Source: Schmidtea polychroa (lineage: Eukaryota). Taken from it: 64,000 nucleotides of DNA. The position numbers and the translations under genes were made by a program. The notes beneath the pieces are model-generated. The model worked only from the letters and a program-made list of their open reading frames with translations, did no database searches and was not told the DNA's origin. The stretch covers positions 32,366,001 to 32,430,000 of the forward strand of contig CM097885.1 in assembly GCA_044892525.1 (NCBI GenBank). The letters run 5' to 3'. Below are positions 12,773-25,570 of this stretch, piece after piece (the first letter of the stretch is position 1; each line of letters opens with the position of its first letter).

Positions 12773-15618
12773 TAGCCCTCCACCTAGATCAAGGAGTGAT
12801 TTGTTATTGGTTGAAATGTACGCGGGTTTTAACTTGTCTACCGAAACACGAAGGTTTCTTGTCGGAAGTTGAAATTCGAAAGTTTTGAGGTCTGGGCTTC
12901 GACTAATAATTTGGAATGGTCCATCATACATAGCCCTTAAAGTTGTTCTTGTTTCCACTTTAAGCCATACATGAGTGCATGTCTTCAAATCCTCTGGAAA
13001 GAATGTTTTCAAATTTTGTTTTCTAGTTCTTTTAATTGTAGTGTCTCCAGGTAGTTTCCCATTGATTCCAAAGACCGCTTGGCTTGGTGATTGATTATTG
13101 TCTTCTGAAACGACATTTCGAAGCCCCAGTAATACCAATGGTAGATCATTGGCCCAATTTCTATTTGCATCTTCTGAATGTGTTCTCAAAGCCGTCTTGA
13201 GAGTTCTGTGAAATCTTTCAACTTTGTCATTGCATTGGGGATGGTATGGTGTTGTGTGTCTGTGATCGATGTTGTGCTTTTCACAGAATTCTCTAAATGT
13301 GGATGAAATGAATTGCTTACCATTGTCTGTGATCATTATCTCGGGGGCTCCGTATCGAGCTATCCACTCGTTTTCTACTGTTTTGGTTACTAAACTGCTT
13401 GTGATATCAGAGATAGGAATTGCTTCTGGCCATGAGGTGTGTCTGTCAATTATAGTAAGCATGAATCTTTTATTATTTACTGATGGGAGTGGGCCGACAA
13501 TGTCGATATGAATGACTTTGAATTTTCCTGCTTCTGGAAGTTCCTTCAAGCTTGACTTTGTGTGTTTCGTCACTTTATTTCTTTGACACTTTTCACACAT
13601 TCTACACCACTCCCTAATTTGTGCTCGCATACAGGGCCACGCATATTTTGACGATAACAATTTTATTGTCCCATTTGCTCCTGGGTGGCATAAATTATGA
13701 AGCCGCTGGAATTCCCTGAATTGAAATGGTTCTGGCAGTATTATTCGAGGGGAGCCAGTAGACATATCCACTAGAATTCCGTCATCATCTATACTTATTT
13801 TAAATGAGTGATTTGGCTTCAAGGTTTGGGCGAATGATTGTTGTCTTTGTTGATTAATTATTTCATTTTTTGTCATCGGCACAGTCTCAACAATATTGAG
13901 AGTATTGTTGTCTGAATTAGATTGTCTTGATAGGAAATCTGCGACAATGTTGTCTTTCCCTTTGATGTGAATTATCTTTGCATCAAATTCGTTTATGAAC
14001 TGGATCCATCGCCATTGTCTATTGGATGGGTCTTTCATTGTATTTATGTATACCAATGGCTTGTGATCGGTTAGTAATTCGAATGTATTGCCATCCAGGT
14101 GATGTTTGAAATTTTTGATGGCTAAATAGGCAGCTAATAGTTCTCGGTCAAACGTTGAATATCTTTGTTCAGTTTTGTTGAGCTTTCTAGAGAAAAAACT
14201 GATTGGTGTAAGTTTACCTTCTGCCGTTCTGTGATTAAGGCTTGCACCAATTCCAATGTCCGATGCATCCGTGCATACGATGAATGTGCGTTGCGAATCT
14301 GGAGGGATCATTTCAGTGATTTCTTGCAGTTTTTTCTTTGCCGTTTCAAATGCTTGCGAGTGTTGATCTTTCCAGATATATTTACGTTTGTCTTTTGCTC
14401 CGTTTGATGTCAGTTCATGTAACGGAGCCATTATATCCGCCAAATTCGGTATTAGCCAGTGATAGAATGTTACCATTCCAATAAATCGTCTCAGTGCCTT
14501 AGCATCGTTTGGCCTTGAACAGGAGGTGATTGCTTGAATCCTATCGGTTTGGGGTGAGATTCCTGAGTCTGAAATGTGAAATCCAAGAAAGTTAACCTGA
14601 TTTTTTGATCTTTATTTATTGATAAATGTGCATCTTTTAGAACTTTTTCGATTGTTTGCAAATGTTTTACATGATCTTCATTCGATTTAGAGAAAATGAT
14701 TATGTCATCGATGTACGCTCTGGAGAACATCCTGTATGGACGTAGAAGCTTGTCCATGAATCTTTGGAAAGTTGATGATGCGTTCCTCAGTCCAAAAGGC
14801 ATTTTGAGGTATTCGTATAGTACAAAAGGTGTAATTATTGCTGTTTTTGGGATGTCGTTTGCTTCAATTGGGATTTGGTGATATGCCTTTTCCAGATCGA
14901 TCGTTGAAAATATTTTGCTTCCCCCGAGTTGATCTAAGATGTCGCTTATTCTGGGCAGAGGATATTTGTCGACTTTCGTGACTGAGGTCAGGAGTCTGTA
15001 GTCACCGCATGGGCGTATTGATCCATCTTTCTTCTTAACTATTACCAATGGTGATGCCCAGTCACTCTTACTTTGACTTAGGATTCCCTTTTTGATCAAG
15101 GTATCGAATTCAGTTTGAATGGCTTCAAGCATGCGTCCACCCAGGCGTCTTACTGACTGCGCAATTGGTGGCCCAGTTGTTTCGATTGCCATTGCATGCT
15201 CAGAGCTGACTGAATTGCTTCTTTTATTAACATTTGTGATAGCTGTATTTCCGATGAAGATTTTAGCATTTTTGCAATCCACTAGAAATCTATAATATAA
15301 TAGAAAGTCTGCCCCAAGAATTGGGCGAGAAACATCTGCTACGATAAATTCCCATTTGAAATGCTGCTTTTGACCTTCAATCGTAAAGTTTAGAACTTTT
15401 GAGCCATGTACTTTTATGCTACAGTTGTTAGCCGCTATGAGTCTGATCGGTGCAATTCTGGAATCGGGTTTAAATATTTTTGTTGGGATAACGCTGACAT
15501 CTGCCCCAGAATCAATGAGAAAATCATATGATTTATTGTCATAGAGGACTGGAACAGTGAAAATTGCATTAATCTTTGTCGACTGTTGAGTTGAGCATTG
15601 GATCTCTGTCGTCGACAT
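12755..15618 (-). pseudogene. pol: pol (protease-RT-RNase H-integrase), copy 1, frameshifted near 14600
   Basis: LIDSGA protease, YIDD RT, TDAS RNase H, integrase HHCC and DDE; short deletion after SINKD shifts the frame (true continuation NQVNFLGFHISDSGI). Confidence 0.93.
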
Positions 15619-16400
15619 TAACGAGATCGTTGGCCTTTTCCCGACTTAACTGAATCAGACCAGCAACACGGTTTTTGACATTTCCTGGCTTTTATTCCGA
15701 ATCGTCTGTGAAAATAACATATTGTTTCTTCACTCGAATGACGTTCCTTTCGAGTAGAGCTTTCGTTCGCCCTTATGACATTGATTTGATCTTGCAGGTT
15801 CTCCATTGCAAGCTGATGGAAGTTTCCGGCAATATTTTGACTTCCCACCGGTGAGATATGCTGATCATTGATGCTTACGTGCAAGTTGGCGATGTTGGCC
15901 AACTCATCAATGCCAACGTTGCTCGATATTAGAAGGTATTGAATGTGAACTGGCATGGAGTTAATGAACTGATGTCTGAAAATTTTGCTCGTTTCTGGGT
16001 CACCATTGGGTTCCATTATTTTATAGTTTCTTTTTAATTCTCTAAGGAGTTGGCTTGGTTTCTGATCCCCAAGTTCCTGTTTCTGTAAAAGTTTGTTTGC
16101 TGCCTCCGTTGTTGATCCTTTTGAGTCATTAATAATTGCTTCTTTAAGTGCTGAATATGGCTGCTTGATATGTGGATCCATTAAATCCGAGTACTCTTCG
16201 AGAACGCGAGATGGTAAGCTGGTTAACAAGTGAAAATATTTGGTTTTTTCGTTTCTGATTGAGGCCAGTTCCAGTGCTGCGTCCACTTGTTGAAACCAGA
16301 CTGCAACATTGTCGAAAAATGTTGGAATTTTCATTTGAATGTGACTACTTTCTTGAGCCACACTTCTGACACCAATGTTGTCTTCTACATTGATTTGCAT
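15618..16400 (-). CDS. gag: gag, copy 1
   Basis: Open ORF from an ATG at 16400 inside the LTR; CYFHRRFGIKARKCQKPC zinc motif. Confidence 0.88.
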   Translation of the reverse strand: MQINVEDNIGVRSVAQESSHIQMKIPTFFDNVAVWFQQVDAALELASIRNEKTKYFHLLTSLPSRVLEEYSDLMDPHIKQPYSALKEAIINDSKGSTTEAANKLLQKQELGDQKPSQLLRELKRNYKIMEPNGDPETSKIFRHQFINSMPVHIQYLLISSNVGIDELANIANLHVSINDQHISPVGSQNIAGNFHQLAMENLQDQINVIRANESSTRKERHSSEETICYFHRRFGIKARKCQKPCCWSDSVKSGKGQRSR

Positions 16401-16540
16401 TATTATTAATAAGTAAGACGACTTTTTCAAATTCTATTTTTTATCAAATTAATAACATATTAAAACAAAGTTTTTAAATATGTTATTATTAATATAAATA
16501 TTAATTTAATATTTATATTGATTTAATTGGTTTGACTACA
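16376..16540 (-). repeat. Shared middle LTR (165 bp)
   Basis: PPT on one side and PBS on the other; matches the 5' LTR at the two sites that distinguish it from the 3' LTR. Confidence 0.93.
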
Positions 16541-19386
16541 TAGCCCTCCACCTAGATCAAGGAGTGATTTGTTATTGGTTGAAATGTACGCGGGTTTTAA
16601 CTTGTCTACCGAAACACGAAGGTTTCTTGTCGGAAGTTGAAATTCGAAAGTTTTGAGGTCTGGGCTTCGACTAATAATTTGGAATGGTCCATCATACATA
16701 GCCCTTAAAGTTGTTCTTGTTTCCACTTTAAGCCATACATGAGTGCATGTCTTCAAATCCTCTGGAAAGAATGTTTTCAAATTTTGTTTTCTAGTTCTTT
16801 TAATTGTAGTGTCTCCAGGTAGTTTCCCATTGATTCCAAAGACCGCTTGGCTTGGTGATTGATTATTGTCTTCTGAAACGACATTTCGAAGCCCCAGTAA
16901 TACCAATGGTAGATCATTGGCCCAATTTCTATTTGCATCTTCTGAATGTGTTCTCAAAGCCGTCTTGAGAGTTCTGTGAAATCTTTCAACTTTGTCATTG
17001 CATTGGGGATGGTATGGTGTTGTGTGTCTGTGATCGATGTTGTGCTTTTCACAGAATTCTCTAAATGTGGATGAAATGAATTGCTTACCATTGTCTGTGA
17101 TCATTATCTCGGGGGCTCCGTATCGAGCTATCCACTCGTTTTCTACTGTTTTGGTTACTAAACTGCTTGTGATATCAGAGATAGGAATTGCTTCTGGCCA
17201 TGAGGTGTGTCTGTCAATTATAGTAAGCATGAATCTTTTATTATTTACTGATGGGAGTGGGCCGACAATGTCGATATGAATGACTTTGAATTTTCCTGCT
17301 TCTGGAAGTTCCTTCAAGCTTGACTTTGTGTGTTTCGTCACTTTATTTCTTTGACACTTTTCACACATTCTACACCACTCCCTAATTTGTGCTCGCATAC
17401 AGGGCCACGCATATTTTGACGATAACAATTTTATTGTCCCATTTGCTCCTGGGTGGCATAAATTATGAAGCCGCTGGAATTCCCTGAATTGAAATGGTTC
17501 TGGCAGTATTATTCGAGGGGAGCCAGTAGACATATCCACTAGAATTCCGTCATCATCTATACTTATTTTAAATGAGTGATTTGGCTTCAAGGTTTGGGCG
17601 AATGATTGTTGTCTTTGTTGATTAATTATTTCATTTTTTGTCATCGGCACAGTCTCAACAATATTGAGAGTATTGTTGTCTGAATTAGATTGTCTTGATA
17701 GGAAATCTGCGACAATGTTGTCTTTCCCTTTGATGTGAATTATCTTTGCATCAAATTCGTTTATGAACTGGATCCATCGCCATTGTCTATTGGATGGGTC
17801 TTTCATTGTATTTATGTATACCAATGGCTTGTGATCGGTTAGTAATTCGAATGTATTGCCATCCAGGTGATGTTTGAAATTTTTGATGGCTAAATAGGCA
17901 GCTAATAGTTCTCGGTCAAACGTTGAATATCTTTGTTCAGTTTTGTTGAGCTTTCTAGAGAAAAAACTGATTGGTGTAAGTTTACCTTCTGCCGTTCTGT
18001 GATTAAGGCTTGCACCAATTCCAATGTCCGATGCATCCGTGCATACGATGAATGTGCGTTGCGAATCTGGAGGGATCATTTCAGTGATTTCTTGCAGTTT
18101 TTTCTTTGCCGTTTCAAATGCTTGCGAGTGTTGATCTTTCCAGATATATTTACGTTTGTCTTTTGCTCCGTTTGATGTCAGTTCATGTAACGGAGCCATT
18201 ATATCCGCCAAATTCGGTATTAGCCAGTGATAGAATGTTACCATTCCAATAAATCGTCTCAGTGCCTTAGCATCGTTTGGCCTTGAACAGGAGGTGATTG
18301 CTTGAATCCTATCGGTTTGGGGTGAGATTCCTGAGTCTGAAATGTGAAATCCAAGAAAGTTAACCTGATTTTTTGATCTTTATTTATTGATAAATGTGCA
18401 TCTTTTAGAACTTTTTCGATTGTTTGCAAATGTTTTACATGATCTTCATTCGATTTAGAGAAAATGATTATGTCATCGATGTACGCTCTGGAGAACATCC
18501 TGTATGGACGTAGAAGCTTGTCCATGAATCTTTGGAAAGTTGATGATGCGTTCCTCAGTCCAAAAGGCATTTTGAGGTATTCGTATAGTACAAAAGGTGT
18601 AATTATTGCTGTTTTTGGGATGTCGTTTGCTTCAATTGGGATTTGGTGATATGCCTTTTCCAGATCGATCGTTGAAAATATTTTGCTTCCCCCGAGTTGA
18701 TCTAAGATGTCGCTTATTCTGGGCAGAGGATATTTGTCGACTTTCGTGACTGAGGTCAGGAGTCTGTAGTCACCGCATGGGCGTATTGATCCATCTTTCT
18801 TCTTAACTATTACCAATGGTGATGCCCAGTCACTCTTACTTTGACTTAGGATTCCCTTTTTGATCAAGGTATCGAATTCAGTTTGAATGGCTTCAAGCAT
18901 GCGTCCACCCAGGCGTCTTACTGACTGCGCAATTGGTGGCCCAGTTGTTTCGATTGCCATTGCATGCTCAGAGCTGACTGAATTGCTTCTTTTATTAACA
19001 TTTGTGATAGCTGTATTTCCGATGAAGATTTTAGCATTTTTGCAATCCACTAGAAATCTATAATATAATAGAAAGTCTGCCCCAAGAATTGGGCGAGAAA
19101 CATCTGCTACGATAAATTCCCATTTGAAATGCTGCTTTTGACCTTCAATCGTAAAGTTTAGAACTTTTGAGCCATGTACTTTTATGCTACAGTTGTTAGC
19201 CGCTATGAGTCTGATCGGTGCAATTCTGGAATCGGGTTTAAATATTTTTGTTGGGATAACGCTGACATCTGCCCCAGAATCAATGAGAAAATCATATGAT
19301 TTATTGTCATAGAGGACTGGAACAGTGAAAATTGCATTAATCTTTGTCGACTGTTGAGTTGAGCATTGGATCTCTGTCGTCGACAT
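16523..19386 (-). pseudogene. pol: pol, copy 2, with the same frameshift as copy 1
   Basis: ORF translations (375 aa and 573 aa) identical to copy 1. Confidence 0.93.
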
Positions 19387-20168
19387 TAACGAGATCGTTG
19401 GCCTTTTCCCGACTTAACTGAATCAGACCAGCAACACGGTTTTTGACATTTCCTGGCTTTTATTCCGAATCGTCTGTGAAAATAACATATTGTTTCTTCA
19501 CTCGAATGACGTTCCTTTCGAGTAGAGCTTTCGTTCGCCCTTATGACATTGATTTGATCTTGCAGGTTCTCCATTGCAAGCTGATGGAAGTTTCCGGCAA
19601 TATTTTGACTTCCCACCGGTGAGATATGCTGATCATTGATGCTTACGTGCAAGTTGGCGATGTTGGCCAACTCATCAATGCCAACGTTGCTCGATATTAG
19701 AAGGTATTGAATGTGAACTGGCATGGAGTTAATGAACTGATGTCTGAAAATTTTGCTCGTTTCTGGGTCACCATTGGGTTCCATTATTTTATAGTTTCTT
19801 TTTAATTCTCTAAGGAGTTGGCTTGGTTTCTGATCCCCAAGTTCCTGTTTCTGTAAAAGTTTGTTTGCTGCCTCCGTTGTTGATCCTTTTGAGTCATTAA
19901 TAATTGCTTCTTTAAGTGCTGAATATGGCTGCTTGATATGTGGATCCATTAAATCCGAGTACTCTTCGAGAACGCGAGATGGTAAGCTGGTTAACAAGTG
20001 AAAATATTTGGTTTTTTCGTTTCTGATTGAGGCCAGTTCCAGTGCTGCGTCCACTTGTTGAAACCAGACTGCAACATTGTCGAAAAATGTTGGAATTTTC
20101 ATTTGAATGTGACTACTTTCTTGAGCCACACTTCTGACACCAATGTTGTCTTCTACATTGATTTGCAT
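19386..20168 (-). CDS. gag: gag, copy 2
   Basis: Translation identical to copy 1. Confidence 0.88.
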   Translation of the reverse strand: MQINVEDNIGVRSVAQESSHIQMKIPTFFDNVAVWFQQVDAALELASIRNEKTKYFHLLTSLPSRVLEEYSDLMDPHIKQPYSALKEAIINDSKGSTTEAANKLLQKQELGDQKPSQLLRELKRNYKIMEPNGDPETSKIFRHQFINSMPVHIQYLLISSNVGIDELANIANLHVSINDQHISPVGSQNIAGNFHQLAMENLQDQINVIRANESSTRKERHSSEETICYFHRRFGIKARKCQKPCCWSDSVKSGKGQRSR

Positions 20169-20308
20169 TATTATTAATAAGTAAGACGACTTTTTCAAAT
20201 TCTATTTTTTATCAAATTAATAACATATTAAAACAAAGTTTTTAAATATGTTATTATTAATATAAATATTAATTTAATATTTATATTGATTTAATTGGTT
20301 TGACTACA
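20144..20308 (-). repeat. 5' LTR (165 bp)
   Basis: TGTAGTC...ACAACA on the minus strand, followed by the PBS. Confidence 0.93.
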
Positions 20309-21158
20309 TATATTATTAAATTATTTTAACAAAATGAACAAAATTCTAGATTAAGTTTAGACGTGTAAATAAATTTGAAATAATTATGTTTACAATTAAT
20401 TACCTGGCGTAAAAATATTAATTTACTAATTTCCATGGCAATAGAAAAAAATAAATAAACTTAATTGGATTTTCTTGACAAAACAATTTTTATTTGTTGT
20501 TTTAATATATTTACAGAATCCGTATATTTTAAAAAATAAAAACAAAATTAATAATATTAAGGAAATTATTTGAAATAATTAATGATTTACCATTGATTTA
20601 ACATTTCGTTTTATTTTCATTACGACCATAGATCAAATTTTCCCCCTATGTAACATATTAAAAGTTAAGGATATATATGATTTCGTAATCCGTTAGTGAT
20701 TGTACTATTTTCAACTTTATTAACTCCGTACTTAGACAATGTTTGTTTTCCCGTTAATTTAGCAGCAGAATTGTTAATAGGTTTTAGCTTCTAAAGTGTC
20801 ATTAAACTGCCAGATTCTTCTCACTTTGAATATGTCATAATTAATGTCTTCATATTCTGTCAGGATTGCAGAATTGAGAGAAATAAATAAGAAGTCTTTA
20901 ACCACTTCTGTAGTCAACCTTTGATTAATTGTTCTCGAAAGATTAAATTACGGCACGTGTCACTCAACGCGCGCGATACGTTCTCTAGACTGGCGGGGGA
21001 ATGCCCCAAGTTGCTCTCGAGCAAATCACTATAAAACGTTTCGTGTACGATTTGCCCGAATCCAGTTCAGGCAAATCACACAAGGGGTTAATAAATATTA
21101 TTATAATTAGGCTTGTATAATTTGAACATTGAACAGAATATTGATATTGTGTTCTCAC

Positions 21159-21494
21159 AAGAGGTCGCAACCGGTACCCATACCCGCGGTTTACCCGACG
21201 GGTACGGGTAAAGTTTTTAAGAGTTAATACTCGGGTAGGGTTCGGGTAACATCTGTTTACCCGAAAATTATTCTGTTTTATATCATATTTTATTTCATAA
21301 AAATAGCTGTAGCATAGCTTTTGTATCGTATTTTTTTAGTGTAGTCACGGTCACAAATATTATCAGTTTTAATTTAGTTTCGGGTTATTCTTGGGTAGAT
21401 ACGAGTCGGGTACGGACCGAGTACGGGTAAACTTAATATCAAGCTACAGGGTACGGGTAGAAGTCGGATAAAAAAAGGAAGTTTGCGACCACTG
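21159..21494. mobile_element. hAT-type MITE with ACCCG/CGGGT subterminal repeats
   Basis: Imperfect TIR AAGAGGTCGCAACC vs CAGTGGTCGCAAAC; 8-bp TSD GTTCTCAC/GCTCTCAC; many ACCCG/CGGGT motifs. Confidence 0.7.
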
Positions 21495-21525
21495 GCTCTC
21501 ACCAAAATCTTTCGTTTCACTTTAA

Positions 21526-21750
21526 CCTTCACTCTGTGTATTGAGAATCGGACCCCATATACATTTTGATATATTAGTTTTTATTTAAATATTTACTAAA
21601 TATAATAACATAATAATAAAAATTCAAATAAAAGGTAATTAAACTTCAATGAATGAAATAACCCAAACATAATTCGGATTTAATACATAAAAGTTGAATC
21701 ACATTTAAAATGGACTGGGGCCCATTAGACTCCAGTATACAGAGTGGAAG
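21526..21750. mobile_element. piggyBac-like MITE
   Basis: TTAA on both sides; imperfect TIR CCTTCACTCTGTGTA vs CTTCCACTCTGTATA. Confidence 0.55.
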
Positions 21751-23944
21751 TTAAATCTGTATGATGTATTGTTGGAGTCGTCATGAAAATGCGTATGAAA
21801 AAAGTGACCCATAGTTCATGAGAACTCGTGATACAATGATGAAGTTGCTTGACTGGACAAAGCGACCCCAAACCTCTATGAATATATGAGCAAGTATTCA
21901 GAATGATTGATTGCCATGGGAATGTTGATAGTAGTATTGTTTATTTGAATAATTTCAGGAATATACCCAGATAACGACCGACAAAAACGGGTACGAATGA
22001 ATCATGTCAAATGGACACATTTCGAGTCTAGGGGTGGAATATTGATTACCGAGTGATGGTCACTGGCTCGGGTAAACAATCAATACATTTAGATGCGGAG
22101 GTCGTCATTAAAAGAAAGCCAAAGCTGAATTCTAAGTAAATGAATTGATAGGCCACCTAAACCGGGTACTCAGAGACGTGGAGTCCGGAAGAAGACCCAA
22201 TGCCAACGGTCAATTCTAATATCGATCCGACCGGGAATAGAGGCCCAAGATGGAGCTAATCACTACTGCTAAACAGTGTTTTCATTATCGAATGTTTCTT
22301 AGATAGCTTGATTGCTGTTGTTTATTTGTATGATGAGGAAAATATCGGTGACACCATTAACTATATATTCAAAGTAATATATTTAAATGCAGACTAAGTA
22401 TACAACATTGAAATATATGAATTTTGGAACAGTTAATTTAACTGGTTACAGTAAAAAATTAGAATGACTAACCGACACTCAGTTAATTTATGTTATCTCT
22501 AATATATCGAGTCATTGCAAACTTCATGGTGGAGCTTGGAGACTATCTGGTTCAAACCCGAGGTTATGAAAAATGAACGAATGAAAATGCAGCCACTCCA
22601 AGAACAGGCCACTTACAATGAAGTTGAGTTACGAGCCATGAATCTCAGCATAGAACAGTTAAATTTGGAATACCTTCAAGAGGAAAATGATGAAGAAATC
22701 ACGCGTTAGACGCTCCAGAGAGAGCATATTGAACTCTTTCCGACAGATAGGGCAAACCAGCAGCTTCCGATGCTACCAACAACACCCTTCTCATGAATGA
22801 ACAACCGATATAAACATGGACTGCAAAATCGGATACATTGGAAACATCTCGGACGAGTAAAATGTTGGATTCTTGTAGCCCATCAATAAGGAAACAAAAA
22901 ATAAAAAAAAATTTAAATAGAAAAAGTATAATTACTTATAAAATTGTATAACAGTTATCCAGGCCATTAGTCATCCAGAACACCTCCCCCATTCTGAGGA
23001 AAAGTATTAAGCTAATATTTATTCTTAACTAGTATTTTATTTGTAAGTCATGAAAACTAAGTCATATTACCACGGGAATCAACCAAAGTTTTATGTAGAT
23101 AACGGAAATTTAATGAAAACATATGACTCTGTTTCAAGATAATAGTGAACTCAGTCCAGTATAATAAATAAGTAGGTCACAGACACATATTCTATATAGT
23201 TTTATTTAATAAATATGTAAAATAAATACACGCGCAGTTTAGTTGGTTTTATTAATAAATAAATGGGTCACAGACACACAATTTATAAAGTTTTATTATT
23301 AAAAAAATTTGTGTGTCACAGAGACAGGTGAAAGAGGAGAAAGATATCTATCTAATGGCATATTATTCAATGTTTTTCACACATATCTAAATTATAGCTT
23401 GAGTAATCTGCATTTGTTTTAAAAACAATTGATACAAAGGTTGATTTGATTGTATTATAATCCAAATAGTAAATTATCTATGATAATACTTTTCTCAAAT
23501 TAACAGCTAATTCCTGACCAAGGCTGAATTAGAGTAATAAAATGATTTGCCTCAGCCGAATGTTTAAAGAACTGGTACCGTTTACAGAATAATTATTGGT
23601 TTTTAGCGTCAAAAAAGCTCTTTTGAATGTTGGAATATTCACATTTAAATCATTCTCTTCGCCAAATCTTAAGTCAGCCCTGAGATCCCAAGAAATTCCT
23701 GTACATTTCACTGAAAATTTGAAGAACAGAGATATTTATAAAGGGTTTGTGCTGATGACTATATTGTTTTCTCTTTATGTCACGGGTGACAAAATTAATA
23801 AATCGGTTTCTCGGAGGAGGGCATTAAATGTTTCGACATTCAAAAAATCCATATTTTTAGAATTATAATTCCTAAAAATTAAATTGTTATCCTTCAATAA
23901 GTACAATCCTTTTTTAAATCCTTTTTAAAAATCAAACCAACTAT

Positions 23945-24590
23945 ATGGATAATCTAAGGGAAGCTTTCAAAAAGCCAATGAATATTATGGATGATCTTCA
24001 AGAAACTCTCAAATATTTCCAAGACAAGGATTCAGTTAATGTATTTTGTGGGAAAAAAGAAAAATTCAACAAACGAATTTTGCGACACAAGAGGAATTAC
24101 AGAAATTTCTTATTTTCAATGCAGTAGAAGTTAAAATTGAATATGTCATAATTGAACGAATTTAAGAATGTGAAAGAAATGAAAGTAAGAATTAAGAAAC
24201 ATGGAAAAGTAAATATTGTATATAGAATGTATAAATTGGATGATTGTTGATTGTTTGCGAATGATAAAAGAATTACATATTTAAATAATAATTGTCATGT
24301 CTCGTTGTTGATAAATGGCAAATGGGTGTTTTAGAATGTAATAATGACGATAATTTTAATTTTGATGAATATTTTTGTATAATTAATAATAATAATTTAA
24401 TTAATAAAATAATTAAATATGATACAGTAAATGGGAGACCTAGTATTTCTATTATTAATAATTATGAATTTCGGAGTTAATTAGATACAGTGACAAAAAA
24501 TGTTTGCAACAAACGTTTGTAATTTGTGGTTTAGAAATGCTATTTTAAATGAAGGTGTAAAATATTAAAACATTTGGAAAAATCTTTGCA
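23945..24590 (+). pseudogene. Highly decayed Gypsy gag/protease remnant, related to the 35839-40756 family
   Basis: LREAFKKPMNIMDDLQETLKYFQDKDS resembles LRCAFSKPTSLMDDLKEALSYEQGSDS; YDTVNGRPS...LDT protease start. Confidence 0.65.
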
Positions 24591-24949
24591 CGTGCTAATA
24601 ATTTCTCCTTTTTCAACCAAATTTTATGAGCTCAAATATCTAAAAGAAAACTTTTCCAAAATCTGTTAATTTTTATTTTTAACCTTTTTAACTTTCCTTT
24701 TTTTATAAAAAATATTAAAATATCTTTTATATTATTATTAATTGTGAAAATTATTTTTTTCTCTATAATCACATTAAATTATTACGACTAATATTTTTTA
24801 ATTTTCTATTAAAATTATTACTAATATAATTACTATTATCTTTAGTGTCTGAAAAGTTTTATTATTATATTTTACTTATTTAAAATTAAATTTCAAATGT
24901 GTTATTAAGAATAACAAATATTTAAATTTTATTTTAATAACATAAACGT

Positions 24950-25570
24950 CACCTTTCCTTCAAATGCACAAAAGAAAATGTACTGAAAACTCAGGAATTG
25001 TAACAATTTGTGAAGATGGAACTGCTTCACCTCTATATCAAACGTATGATTGTATTAACATCAATCTTTCTGATCTTCATATGTTTTTGTGCAATCTGTG
25101 CTATAATAGGACATTCATTTCTCATACGTTACTCTTCTTTGCACGCTCAACAAATTTTGTATCTCGATTTATCATCTAATAATTGTCTGTTAAGATTACA
25201 TTGTCTTTTCTGTTTGATACACTGTTGATAATATGTCTCACTTGATTACAATTCCAGCAAGTAATTTCTCTCTCTCTTTACAATACTTTTTAGTTCAAAT
25301 TTTTTCACATATTTCTTAGAATTTCGGAATCTCTAGCGCTCTTCAAATTCTTGTCTTCGTTTCACAACATTTGCAAATTTTTATTTTGGCTGCCGCAACT
25401 CACAAATTTTCTCCATTAACAACATCAACTTTTATGTTTCGACATCATCATCCACCTGGAACATTGGTGAGGTCAAACTTACCCCAATCTTCCATTCTAG
25501 TAAAATCTGTGGTTAAGAATAAGACCGAATTTGTCGATCCAATATTTATTAAAATACAAAAATTTACCGC
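24950..25570 (-). pseudogene. Decayed LTR-retrotransposon gag remnant
   Basis: Minus strand encodes an ITCWNCNQVRH zinc-knuckle-like segment and a PBS-like GGACAGCGGT upstream; heavily disrupted. Confidence 0.4.

Larger units (their letters stand above)
12609..20308 (-). mobile_element. Tandem dimer of a CsRn1-like Ty3/Gypsy retrotransposon (LTR-gag-pol-LTR-gag-pol-LTR)
   Basis: 3768-bp period; three TG...CA LTRs; 5-bp TSD TATAT (12604-12608, 20309-20313); PBS TGGTGTCAGAAGTG (tRNA-Leu-like); PPT GGTGGAGGG; gag C-X2-H-X9-C-X3-C motif typical of the CsRn1 clade. Confidence 0.95.

Noticed and set aside
13269..14881. Plus-strand ORFs inside pol (and similar antisense ORFs at 8937-10147, 44510-45327, 56853-57158)
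   Set aside because: Shadow frames opposite real TE genes, with no recognisable motifs
20898..21091. piggyBac-like right end (...CACAAGGGG-TTAA)
   Set aside because: The candidate left TIR matches poorly, so the element cannot be delimited
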